Shown here one piece after another: positions 1 through 8,192 of a DNA stretch of 64,000 nt. The position numbers and the translations under genes are program-made. The stretch spans positions 522,460-586,459 of the forward strand of contig JAUYID010000009.1 in NCBI GenBank assembly GCA_030704665.1, read 5' to 3'. The notes beneath the pieces are model-generated. The model was given only the letters and a program-made list of their open reading frames with translations. It was not told where the DNA came from and made no database searches. Position 1 is the stretch's first letter, and each line of letters opens with the position of its first letter. This DNA comes from a bacterium (lineage in GTDB: Bacteria; Patescibacteriota; Microgenomatia; Woykebacterales; RBG-16-39-9b).

Positions 1-1040
1 TGGTCTCGAAAACAGTGCGCAGTACTTCGTTGAAGCCGGTCGGGTTTTTTACGAGAGAAACAAAGATTTTTTTGCCTTCAACAGAGATTTTTTCGGTCCT
101 GCCAAAGGCAGCTTGGAACTGCTTCAAAGTTTTTTTGACTAAAGCTAAATCTAAATTCAAGGCTCGCGCACAGGCTGCTGCGGCCAAAACATTGTAAAGA
201 TTGTAGAGCCCAGGCAAGGGAGAGTGCAGAGTTTCCCTAAAACCTTCACTCTCAAGCTCAAAAGCTGAGCCTGCAAGACCGTCGAGTTTGATTGAAGAGA
301 TTTTCAAATCCAGCTTGGGCCTTTTGAAACCGCAGTTTTTGCAAGAGTAAACTCCAAGGTGGGACAAATAAATTCTTTCGTAGGTAAGCTCGCCACCGCA
401 ATTAGTACAATTTAAATAGTCAGAGGCGTGTGGGGCTTTGCCCAAATCAATATTTTGATCTTCAACTCCATAGAAAAGCACTTTCGCTTTGGTTTGTGAA
501 AGACTTGCTAGCGCTGGATCGTCAGCGTTTAAAACCAAAGTTGTTGAAGAATCAAGGTTTTTGACTGCTTTGATCCAAAGAGAACGGATCGTGTTGACCT
601 CGCCATAGCGGTCAAGTTGATCCCGAAAAAGATTTCCCAAAACGATGACGCGGGGGTGAAGCTCCGAAACTACGAGGGGCAGAGCAGCCTCGTCGACCTC
701 AAAAACAGCCGTACTAGCCTCTCTACGGCCCCAGAAGCTTTCTTCTCTGGCCAAACTGGTAGCAAGGCCACGGGCCAAGTTTGACCCCTCACGGTTGTCA
801 ATATGTTTGATTTTAGCTTCGTCGAGAATGGAGCTGATCAATCTTGAAGTGGTAGTTTTACCGTTGGTGCCGGAAATAAGGATAATGTCAGAGTAATTTT
901 TAGCTAGTTTGCGCAGCGCTTGCGGCTCCAGTTTCAGAGCAGCGAGGCCGGGAGCGGCAGTGGCTCCGCTACCAATGGTGCGTAGAAAGCTGTGAAGTGC
1001 CTTGGCGGCAAGAATTGAACCAGCTAGTTTGAGATCCATA
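1..1040 (-). CDS. murT: MurT-like Mur-ligase (lipid II isoglutamine synthase subunit), 3'-truncated by window edge
   Basis: Minus-strand reading begins MDLKLAGSILAAKALHSFLRTIG...ISGTNGKTTTSRLI (Mur ligase P-loop), then CTNCGG...(n)...CKNCGF Cys4 ribbon typical of MurT; ORF runs off window start. Confidence 0.72.
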
Positions 1041-1073
1041 CTTAGCCTATTCTAGCAGCTCTTGGATCCAGTT

Positions 1074-1619
1074 TTAATAGCCAAGGATGAGTTTTTGGTT
1101 GTAGACAACTCGCACTGCCCAAGTCGCACTCTCCGCGTAGCGTGAGCCAATACCGTAGGCAGTTACGGCTCCGTTTGTCTGATAGCGACTGCGAATACCC
1201 TGCGCCACCTGTTTTGAAGCGTCAACCCAGTTTTTGAAGCCCATTCTACCGTTGTTCCAACCGTAAGGGTTGTAGGATCCGGCCGGAATAAATTTTCCGT
1301 ATTGAGATTCCAGCCCAGCAATAGCCGGCAAAAAGGTCCAATCTAGTTTGTATTTATCCGCAATGGCAACCAAAGCTTTCGCGTCTTTAGCCATGGGGGA
1401 AGCCTTGGAAAGTAAGAATTTTTTGAGTTTTTCGGCGCGATCGTCTTTCTTAGCCACGATAGAGACAGCCACTTCATTTTTATTTTGACCAAGGGGTTTG
1501 TAGGCGGGCGAAGTTGTAGTTTCTCGCCCTGCAGTCGGATTTAAAATTGTGGGACTGGCGATAAGCATAGAGACAGAGGCTATCACCATGGCAGCGGTCC
1601 GGAAAATAAAGCTCGTCAT
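1074..1619 (-). CDS. secreted glucosaminidase-like peptidoglycan hydrolase (paralog 1)
   Basis: N-terminal hydrophobic anchor; DWTFLPAIAGLESQYGK and YNPYGWNNG resemble FlgJ/Glucosaminidase-domain motif AQAALESGWGKS...NNLFGIK. Confidence 0.45.
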   Translation of the reverse strand: MTSFIFRTAAMVIASVSMLIASPTILNPTAGRETTTSPAYKPLGQNKNEVAVSIVAKKDDRAEKLKKFLLSKASPMAKDAKALVAIADKYKLDWTFLPAIAGLESQYGKFIPAGSYNPYGWNNGRMGFKNWVDASKQVAQGIRSRYQTNGAVTAYGIGSRYAESATWAVRVVYNQKLILGY

Positions 1620-1773
1620 AATCCCCGAAACAAAGTTCGGGGCCAGAGCACAGAATGTGTTTCTTTAACTAGGGATAACCTAGAAAACAAAACACAAAAA
1701 AACTTCCGCACGATTGTTTGGAAGTGAGTCTAGTTTAACAAAAAGAAGCGGAAAAGTCAAGCTTGCTTGCCAA

Positions 1774-2379
1774 CTATTGAACCATTTCCGCCATGGCAAA
1801 GCGCACCGCAAAGGCCCAAGAACCGTTGGAATTGGGTGTGTAACGTGTCATGATCGCCTCAGGTGTGGTCAAACCGTGGCTAATATACTTTTCTTTGATT
1901 CCTTTAGCGACAATTTCAATGGCATGACTCCAGCTCTCAAAACCTACTCCAGAGTTTTTTCCAGTGTAAACTGCCCAACCAAAGGCGTTGTAGGAGCCTT
2001 GCGGTATCTTTTTTCCTAGGTTTGACTCCTGAAAGGCAATCGCCGGTAGTAGTTTCCAGTCGATGCCGTATTTGTCAGCGGTAAAAACAAAATCTTTACC
2101 TGATCCATACATTGGCGAGTTGTGTTTCCTGAGAAAATTGTCGACGATGTAAGGTCGGGCATCATCAATTTTGAGCTCCGAAGCAACGACGACATTGCTT
2201 GCTCCTTCAGCTTGATAGGCATCAATTGAGGATTTGGGCAAATTGGCAGCTCCAAGTAAATTTGAAAAGGTTGGCTCTATCCTCAGAGAAAAAAACTGAA
2301 CAAGTAGGTAGGCAGCCACAATTCCGGCAATCGCCCACACTATAGTGATAAAAACTATGCCTGCCTTGGACATCGTCAA
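1774..2379 (-). CDS. secreted glucosaminidase-like peptidoglycan hydrolase (paralog 2, tandem duplicate of 1074-1619)
   Basis: TM anchor then DWKLLPAIAFQESNLGKK...YNAFGWAVY; clearly paralogous to the adjacent gene. Confidence 0.45.
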   Translation of the reverse strand: MTMSKAGIVFITIVWAIAGIVAAYLLVQFFSLRIEPTFSNLLGAANLPKSSIDAYQAEGASNVVVASELKIDDARPYIVDNFLRKHNSPMYGSGKDFVFTADKYGIDWKLLPAIAFQESNLGKKIPQGSYNAFGWAVYTGKNSGVGFESWSHAIEIVAKGIKEKYISHGLTTPEAIMTRYTPNSNGSWAFAVRFAMAEMVQ

Positions 2380-2474
2380 TAATACTAGTTGGGTGCTAAA
2401 GGAGTGTCAAGGCCACTTATCTATAAGGAAGTAGATCACTTTTTTTGTTGTATAATTTACGCGCGAGGTAGAAT

Positions 2475-2858
2475 ATGGAGGTGATCATGATGCGAACGGA
2501 AGAATTCGAGCATCTAGTTGCTACCCGGGTAAGTGTGCTTGAAACCCGCTCACTAGATAAGACAGTAATGGGTCTTACTTTTGGATTTCCCGACACAAAG
2601 GATTTCAGTAAAGTCCGAATCCTTGTCCGGGGCAGCGACAAAAGGCGAGTCCAAGTCGTGACCTTCGTCCATGAAATTGTCCATCTGCATCATGGGGACG
2701 AAGTAATAACCTTAATGGAACGTTTCGAGAAGGGTTTGATTGGCGATGCTGCAGAAGCAAAAATTGAGCGTGAGGGAAAGCGTTTTTACAAGGCGCATCG
2801 AAAGCTAGCCCGAGACACTTTTTTTACCTTGTTAAAACAGAGTCAACAACAGGCCTAA
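2475..2858 (+). CDS. small HExxH-motif protein (candidate minimal zinc metallopeptidase), opposite strand to flanking cell-wall genes
   Basis: 127 aa; motif FVHEIVHLHHGDE (HEIVH = HExxH followed by extra His/Asp/Glu). Confidence 0.4.
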   Translation: MEVIMMRTEEFEHLVATRVSVLETRSLDKTVMGLTFGFPDTKDFSKVRILVRGSDKRRVQVVTFVHEIVHLHHGDEVITLMERFEKGLIGDAAEAKIEREGKRFYKAHRKLARDTFFTLLKQSQQQA

Positions 2859-2887
2859 TCTAGAAAGGAGAGGGATTAAGCCAAAAC

Positions 2888-2962
2888 TGGAGCGCGAGAC
2901 CAGATTCGAACTGGCGACCTCTTCCTTGGCAAGGAAGCATTCTACCGCTGAACTACTCGCGC
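2888..2962 (-). tRNA. tRNA-Gly(GCC)
   Basis: revcomp gcgcgagtagttcagcggtagaatgcttccttgccaaggaagaggtcgccagttcgaatctggtctcgcgctcca; cloverleaf with anticodon loop ttGCCaa, U73, encoded CCA; T-stem has G49.U65 wobble. Confidence 0.85.
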
Positions 2963-3012
2963 AGACAAAGTTTGCGTGAGTAGGAAGCGGCAGGACCAGT
3001 CTTTAGACTAGC

Positions 3013-3034
3013 CTACCGCTGAACTACTCGCGCA
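3013..3034 (-). repeat. 22-nt duplicate of the tRNA-Gly(GCC) 5' end (acceptor/D-arm), about 50 nt upstream of the intact gene
   Basis: ctaccgctgaactactcgcgca is identical to 2942-2963. Confidence 0.7.
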
Positions 3035-3066
3035 CGTAGGAGTATTTTAGCAGACGTAAGCAAAGA

Positions 3067-4089
3067 TTAGCGACCACGAAATTTTTTAATCAAACTCAGG
3101 ATGTGATCGGCCCTTCGCTGCAGCGTGTAACGAGGGGTTAAGGGCAAATCTTGTGCACGGAGGTATTCAACTCGACGCCCACCAAAGCCAGTCTTAAACA
3201 AAGTAAAACCGTACCAAGGGTGCCTCGGTTTAAACTCATTCTCAGCCGCTACTCCCCAAAAATTGTAGTACTTCATTCCTCGACGCTTAGCTTCTTTTAT
3301 CGCCTCCCACTGCAACAAGTAACCAACCGAGCCCTCTCCCGGTCGGGAGGCGCCATGAAGATAGTAAGCCGCTTCTCCGTAGTAAGCCACGATGGACATT
3401 GCCTGAACATGTCCAGACTTGACTGATTTGAAAACAAGCATTTGGTCATCTTTGGCTAGTATTTCAAACTGTTTCTGGTAGTAATCCTTGGAATGGTTTG
3501 AAAAACCCTTGCGAAAAGAAGTTTGGTTGAGCAAACGAGCAAATTCTTCGACTTCCCCCGGATTTCGGCTGGCTTCCACTTTGACTCCTTTTTTTTCCTC
3601 ATCTCGAATCAAATAGCGTGTCGTTTTGCGCATGCTGTAAAGCATTTCTTCTTCTGTTTTGTCCAGATCTAGAACCCAAACTGTTTCAGCTTGAATGAAG
3701 TTGATAGCGCGCTTAAAACCAAAGGTACGAAACAATTTTTCGTTTTCTTTTCCTGCCAAAAGATTTGGTTCCAATTTGACAAAATCAACTTTTTCTTCAC
3801 GCCCCAATTCTGAAGCTTTTTTAACAAAAGCTTTGAAAACTTCTTTTTTTTGCCAATCTATGACCGGGCCGCGGGGTGAATAGAGGGCAGTCGCAAAGCG
3901 GAGTTTTTCTTTAATCAACAAACAAATTCCAACCAACTCCTTCTGAGAGTAAATTCCCAAACGAAAAACTTCTTTGCCCAGGGCTTGATTAAAATCCCCC
4001 CAATCCCAGCTCTGCAGAAAGCTATTGGGGTCTTGGTAAAGTAGAAAATTTTTCCAGTCTTGTCTGCTTTCAACCAGCTTTACTTCCAT
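3067..4089 (-). CDS. FemAB-family aminoacyl-tRNA-dependent peptidoglycan bridge transferase (paralog 1)
   Basis: 340 aa; QSWDWGDF..., YNFWG...HPWYGFTLFKTGFGG typical of FemABX/MurM (PF02388). Confidence 0.8.
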   Translation of the reverse strand: MEVKLVESRQDWKNFLLYQDPNSFLQSWDWGDFNQALGKEVFRLGIYSQKELVGICLLIKEKLRFATALYSPRGPVIDWQKKEVFKAFVKKASELGREEKVDFVKLEPNLLAGKENEKLFRTFGFKRAINFIQAETVWVLDLDKTEEEMLYSMRKTTRYLIRDEEKKGVKVEASRNPGEVEEFARLLNQTSFRKGFSNHSKDYYQKQFEILAKDDQMLVFKSVKSGHVQAMSIVAYYGEAAYYLHGASRPGEGSVGYLLQWEAIKEAKRRGMKYYNFWGVAAENEFKPRHPWYGFTLFKTGFGGRRVEYLRAQDLPLTPRYTLQRRADHILSLIKKFRGR

Positions 4090-4090
4090 A

Positions 4091-5122
4091 TCAGTAAATT
4101 GAGTAACCCCTTATTAATCTGCGTAGCTGCGTTCGTCCCTTTTCAGCCGTCGTATAGAGACTGTAGGCGGCTCGTAAAGGTAGATCTTGGGCTTTCAAGT
4201 ATTCACGGCGAAAACCTCCAAAACCCATTTTGAAAAAAGTAATTCCGTACCAGGGATGCCCGGGCTTGAAGTTCTCTTCTTTGACGACCCCACCGAAATT
4301 ATAAAAGCCCATTCCCTTGACCTTAGCATCGGTGATCGCTTGAATATGGGTTGAGTAAGCCACTGGGCTGGTATTGTGTTGGGCCGAGGCACCATGAACG
4401 TAATAAGCAGTGTCTGCATAGAAAAGAACCATCGCCATAGACAAAACCTGACCGTCTTTTAAAGTTTTATAAAGCTTGATTTGATCACGGGTACCGAGCG
4501 CCTCGACAATTTTTTTATAGTAGGTTTCTCCTTGCCCAGAAAAACCTTTGCGAGCTGAGGTTTGAGCTACTAAATCGGCAAAAGCAGCCGCGTCTTCCGT
4601 CTTTGTGCTGGAAATTACACTCAAGCCCTCCTTTTCCTCTTTTCGCAAATATCTTCTGGTTGTTTCTCGCATTTGCGAAACTAACTCCTCGACGGGTTTC
4701 GAAATCTCCAAAACCCAATCGGCCTCTGGTTGAATATAATTGCCAGCTTCCTGAAAACCTTGATTTTTGAAAAACTTTTGATTTTCTGAGTTTAATTCTA
4801 GAAGCGGATCAAGACGTAAAAAAAGACAGCCCTCGCTAGCAGCAATATCCCGAGCTTTAGCAATAATTTTCTTAAACTGCCCCTCGGAGCCAAAAATTGG
4901 TCCGCGTGGACAATAAAGAAAGGAGCCAAAACGAGTCGTGTATTTGATAAAAAGAGCAGAAGAGACCAATTTATCGCCATTAACTAGGCCCAAACGGAAA
5001 ATTTTCTTTCCCAAACTCTGATAAAACTCCCCCCAGGCCCAGGATTGGAGAATAAAAGTGGGCTGACTATTTACTACGAAAGCCTCCCACTGCTCTTCTC
5101 TGTCAATTAATACAGCGTCCAT
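4091..5122 (-). CDS. FemAB-family peptidoglycan bridge transferase (paralog 2)
   Basis: QSWAWGEF..., YNFGG...HPWYGITFFKMGFGG; start placed at MDAVLIDREEQ (ATG 5120-5122) because the longer track ORF overlaps the upstream gene. Confidence 0.8.
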   Translation of the reverse strand: MDAVLIDREEQWEAFVVNSQPTFILQSWAWGEFYQSLGKKIFRLGLVNGDKLVSSALFIKYTTRFGSFLYCPRGPIFGSEGQFKKIIAKARDIAASEGCLFLRLDPLLELNSENQKFFKNQGFQEAGNYIQPEADWVLEISKPVEELVSQMRETTRRYLRKEEKEGLSVISSTKTEDAAAFADLVAQTSARKGFSGQGETYYKKIVEALGTRDQIKLYKTLKDGQVLSMAMVLFYADTAYYVHGASAQHNTSPVAYSTHIQAITDAKVKGMGFYNFGGVVKEENFKPGHPWYGITFFKMGFGGFRREYLKAQDLPLRAAYSLYTTAEKGRTQLRRLIRGYSIY

Positions 5123-5126
5123 AGGG

Positions 5127-6911
5127 CTACCAACTTCCTCCCCCACCACCACCGAAACCGCCACCAGAAAAGCCTCCGGAGGCGCTAAAACCACTACCTC
5201 CACTTGCCGCCGGGGTTGCGGCAATTGCCGAGGACAGCGAACTTGAAAAACTGTTGATTGCTGCACCAAAGTAGAGAGCGTTAAAAGCCCCACTCCCGCT
5301 GTACCAAGACGGTTCGGTCGCCTTCAGCCCCATCTTTGCAAAGGCTTTGGCGAATTTTTCAGTACAACCAAAAACAATGGCGTAAGCCAAAAGCTCGTTA
5401 AAAAGATTTTCTTTCTCAAAAAATTGTTGACGGTATTTTTCGGCTCGTGAAATGAACATTTCAAAACCTCGGCTGCGCCGATAAAGTTCGTGACCGGCTG
5501 CAGTCCGCCGCGACATTAGCGGGGAAAGCAAAGCCAAAAACAGGCCTAGAATTCCTAAAGCGATACTGGGAAGGAAAACGATATCAAGATAGCGAGAAAG
5601 GAAGGCTACTCCAAGTGCTGCAAAGACAAAAACTCCAAAGCCAAAGGCTAAGTATTTACCACGCACTGTTTCGGGGTTTTGGGGAAAATATTTTTTGCTA
5701 GTTAAATCGGAGTAAAGTTTTTCTTTCACCTTTTTAAGGTCAGTATAAAAAGTCTTCTTGAGCTCAGAAAGAGCTACACTCTGACCATCATCAAAAAGAC
5801 GTTCAAAAAGTTCTTTTTCATAGCCGAGGAGCTGCTCATCAGCTTCTTTTTTCTTTTCCAGCATATAGTCTTTGCTACCAAAAAGCCATTTTTTAGCTAC
5901 CTCAGTAATTTTCAGGTAGCCCCGGCTAGCTAGATCAACAATTGTAGCCGTTACGTCTAAAGTGTCAGCTCTCTCGTCCATGAGAGTGCCAATTTCAGCC
6001 GGACGTAAATTCTCTGGAGGGCTAAATTCAACCACGAGTGTGTCTCTGTCCAAAAGCGGTTGAACCTCAGCTTTTTGGTTCTCATCAAACAAATGGGCTC
6101 GTCTCCACCAAAGATCTCGTCCGTGCCTCGACCAAAGCTGGAAAAGGAAAATAAGTCCTAGCGCTAAAATTATGAAAAAAAAACTAATAGAAACAAGAGT
6201 GAAGCGTTGCGCAGTAAAGGGGTTAAAACCGGCTTCTTCAGGTTTCGTTCCGGTCAAAATCGGCACCGTTCCGGGCTTTATTGAGGCAACAATCGAAAAG
6301 TCAGAGCCGTTTCCCAAAACTTCATCCGTAGTAAAAGTGGCTGAGCTCTCTTCAAGGTTCGATTCACAAGCTTTCGTCGAAGCAGCCGGACCCACAAAGC
6401 AGGTCACTTTTTGCAAAGAATTTCCCGGCACTGAAACAGTTGCTTGGCTAGAAAGTATTTTTACTGGCCAATTTCCAAGAAGATTCCAGTAGATTTCGTC
6501 ATGGGTTACGAAACCATTTAGAGCTCCTCGAACTACATATTCAATCTGGTAGGTGTGGGGTCCACTTATTGTTCTGCTCGCATCTCCAATTTTCGCCGTT
6601 TGGTACCCGGCTTCAAAGTAATCGTCAAAATGGGCTTCTTGACCATCTTGGGAAATTGAAGTGTAGGTAAGGTTGACATAGCGGTTTGAATTGTCAGCAA
6701 GTCTATAGGTAGTAGGAATTTGTCTGAAGATACCGTGTTTTTCTTGCGAGCCAAAATCAAGGTTGATAGTTTCTTTAACTGACAGAACACCACTTTTTTC
6801 GAGAGTAATATCAGAATGAAAAGAATTAATGACCCAACCCTCATCGGCAAATGCAAGTTTGGGGAACAAAAATAAGGAAATAGCCAAAGGTGCACTAAGC
6901 AACCATTTCAT
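5127..6911 (-). CDS. DUF2207-family membrane protein with C-terminal Gly-rich tail
   Basis: Signal peptide MKWLLSAPLAISLFLFPKLAFA, large extracellular domain, multiple TM helices, C-terminal GGSGFSASGGFSGGGFGGGGGGSW. Confidence 0.55.
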   Translation of the reverse strand: MKWLLSAPLAISLFLFPKLAFADEGWVINSFHSDITLEKSGVLSVKETINLDFGSQEKHGIFRQIPTTYRLADNSNRYVNLTYTSISQDGQEAHFDDYFEAGYQTAKIGDASRTISGPHTYQIEYVVRGALNGFVTHDEIYWNLLGNWPVKILSSQATVSVPGNSLQKVTCFVGPAASTKACESNLEESSATFTTDEVLGNGSDFSIVASIKPGTVPILTGTKPEEAGFNPFTAQRFTLVSISFFFIILALGLIFLFQLWSRHGRDLWWRRAHLFDENQKAEVQPLLDRDTLVVEFSPPENLRPAEIGTLMDERADTLDVTATIVDLASRGYLKITEVAKKWLFGSKDYMLEKKKEADEQLLGYEKELFERLFDDGQSVALSELKKTFYTDLKKVKEKLYSDLTSKKYFPQNPETVRGKYLAFGFGVFVFAALGVAFLSRYLDIVFLPSIALGILGLFLALLSPLMSRRTAAGHELYRRSRGFEMFISRAEKYRQQFFEKENLFNELLAYAIVFGCTEKFAKAFAKMGLKATEPSWYSGSGAFNALYFGAAINSFSSSLSSAIAATPAASGGSGFSASGGFSGGGFGGGGGGSW

Positions 6912-6975
6912 TAGCTTTATCTTAACATAAATTGAGTTCAAATCTAATTTCTGCTAAAATAAACCGGTTAAACTT

Positions 6976-7062
6976 TGGGCGAATGGCGGAATTGGCAGAC
7001 GCGCTGGCTTCAGGAGCCAGTCCTAGCAATAGGGTGGAGGTTCAAGTCCTCTTTCGCCCACC
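6976..7062 (+). tRNA. tRNA-Leu(CAG)
   Basis: gggcgaatggcggaattggcagacgcgctggcttCAGgagccag + long variable arm + ggttcaagtcc...cgcccacca. Confidence 0.85.
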
Positions 7063-7083
7063 AGTTATAATAGGATAGTTTTA

Positions 7084-7168
7084 CGCGGACGTGGCGGAAT
7101 TGGCATACGCGCATGCTTGAGGTGCATGTCCCGCAAGGGGTGGAGGTTCAAGTCCTCTCGTCCGCACC
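7084..7168 (+). tRNA. tRNA-Leu(GAG)
   Basis: gcggacgtggcggaattggcatacgcgcatgcttGAGgtgcatg + variable arm + ggttcaagtcctctcgtccgcacca. Confidence 0.85.
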
Positions 7169-7175
7169 AAAATAT

Positions 7176-7592
7176 ATGAGTGACGCTGAAGATCAATTGC
7201 TTTTTGTCGGACAAAAAGCATTTATTGAAAAAGACGGAAAAATTTTAATTCTAAACGACCCTGCATTGGGCTTGGATTTTCCGGGTGGAAAAGTTCAAGA
7301 TGGCGAAGAAAATTTTGATGAGGCCTTAAGCAGAGAGGTTCGAGAGGAAACAGGTTTGGAAATAGAAATTGGTGAACCTTTTACCCGTTGGCGTTATCAG
7401 CTCCGTCACGGGCATAGAAATGCAGGAAAAACACTTTGTTTAATAGGATTTCGCTGCAAGTATAAGTCAGGAGAAATTAAGTTAAGCGAAGAACACAGCA
7501 GTTTTAAATGGGTTGATAAGGCTACCTACCAGGATTTAAATGACGGTAGTGTTTATTTTGAGCAGTTACAAAAATATTTCTCGGGTTCTTAG
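7176..7592 (+). CDS. NUDIX hydrolase
   Basis: Nudix box GGKVQDGEENFDEALSREVREETGLEI; start at MSDAEDQ (the track ORF N-extension overlaps tRNA-Leu); the last 3 codons and stop lie inside a tRNA-Val 5'-half copy. Confidence 0.75.
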   Translation: MSDAEDQLLFVGQKAFIEKDGKILILNDPALGLDFPGGKVQDGEENFDEALSREVREETGLEIEIGEPFTRWRYQLRHGHRNAGKTLCLIGFRCKYKSGEIKLSEEHSSFKWVDKATYQDLNDGSVYFEQLQKYFSGS

Positions 7593-7620
7593 CTCAGTTG
7601 GTTCAGAGCGCCTCGTTTAA
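7582..7620 (+). pseudogene. partial copy of tRNA-Val 5' half (acceptor, D-arm, start of anticodon stem)
   Basis: gggttcttagctcagttggttcagagcgcctcgtttaag vs intact ggacggttagctcagttggttcagagcgcttcgtttac. Confidence 0.55.
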
Positions 7621-7627
7621 GAAAATT

Positions 7628-7690
7628 CTGGGCACCTAGCTCAGTTGGGATCGGATGCATTTGTGCTTCGTGCAAAAGTAGATCGTCTCG
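7628..7690 (+). pseudogene. second degenerate tRNA 5'-fragment
   Basis: gggcacctagctcagttggga... has acceptor/D-arm-like start but no anticodon or T arm. Confidence 0.35.
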
Positions 7691-7702
7691 TTTAGAAATT
7701 GG

Positions 7703-7780
7703 GGACGGTTAGCTCAGTTGGTTCAGAGCGCTTCGTTTACACCGAAGAGGTCGCAGGTTCGAGTCCTGCACCGTCCACCA
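7703..7780 (+). tRNA. tRNA-Val(TAC)
   Basis: ggacggttagctcagttggttcagagcgcttcgttTACaccgaagaggtcgcaggttcgagtcctgcaccgtccacca. Confidence 0.85.
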
Positions 7781-7790
7781 GAATTTTCGC

Positions 7791-7824
7791 AGGATCTTTT
7801 TTGATTAAGCTCTCAAAAAATCCT
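7791..7824 (+). repeat. strong hairpin (11-12 bp stem) directly after tRNA-Val
   Basis: aggatcttttttg-attaagctct-caaaaaatcct. Confidence 0.5.
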
Positions 7825-7864
7825 ACACCGTGAAGGTCTGGGGTTCGCGTCCCTAAGCACCCAC
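7821..7864 (+). pseudogene. tRNA 3'-half fragment (Val-like: tacac-cgtgaagg, T-arm tggggttcgcgtcccta, acceptor agcaccc, no CCA)
   Basis: ctacaccgtgaaggtctggggttcgcgtccctaagcaccca parallels the 3' half of tRNA-Val. Confidence 0.4.
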
Positions 7865-7882
7865 AATTTGTTGTAAAATTAT

Positions 7883-7903
7883 TTTATGTGCCGGGCTAGC
7901 TCA
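7883..7903 (+). repeat. 21-nt direct copy of the tRNA-Phe 5' end, 95 nt upstream of the intact gene
   Basis: gccgggctagctcagtggtag identical to 7998-8018. Confidence 0.7.
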
Positions 7904-7997
7904 GTGGTAGGCTAGTTAAAAAAACTTATCCTGCCACCGACCAAATAAACATTTACAACCGAATAGTTTGAGATTTATAACTTTTCTTGGTGACCTT

Positions 7998-8072
7998 GCC
8001 GGGCTAGCTCAGTGGTAGAGCGCAGCTCTGAAAAAGCTGGCGTGCGTGGTTCGATTCCGCGGCCCGGCACCA
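7998..8072 (+). tRNA. tRNA-Phe(GAA)
   Basis: gccgggctagctcagtggtagagcgcagctctGAAaaagctggcgtgcgtggttcgattccgcggcccggcacca. Confidence 0.85.
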
Positions 8073-8155
8073 AAAAATAATTAGCGATCTTGAAAAGGTT
8101 TTAGTAAGGTTGAAGAATTTAGGGCGTCTAAGGAACAGATTGCTTTAGCAGTCTA

Positions 8156-8183
8156 TTCCGCGGCCCGGCACCAGAAAATAATT
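8156..8183 (+). repeat. att-like direct repeat of the tRNA-Phe 3' end (18 nt incl. CCA) plus 10 nt of downstream flank
   Basis: ttccgcggcccggcaccagaaaataatt vs 8055-8082 ttccgcggcccggcaccaaaaaataatt (27/28). Confidence 0.7.
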
Positions 8184-8192
8184 GTTATTTAT

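Noticed and set aside
1714-2255. Plus-strand ORF 1714-2019 and minus ORF 2016-2255
   Set aside because: They are embedded in or antisense to the glucosaminidase-like paralog 2 and are alternative-frame artefacts.
5123-5293. 57-codon N-terminal extension of the second FemAB ORF
   Set aside because: It overlaps the 3' end of the upstream DUF2207 gene, and the paralog alignment starts at MDAV. The ATG at 5120-5122 gives a length matching paralog 1.
7113-7175. N-terminal 21 codons of the track ORF 7113-7592 (MLEVHVPQGVEV...)
   Set aside because: This stretch lies entirely inside tRNA-Leu(GAG). The Nudix protein starts cleanly at the internal MSDAEDQ methionine.
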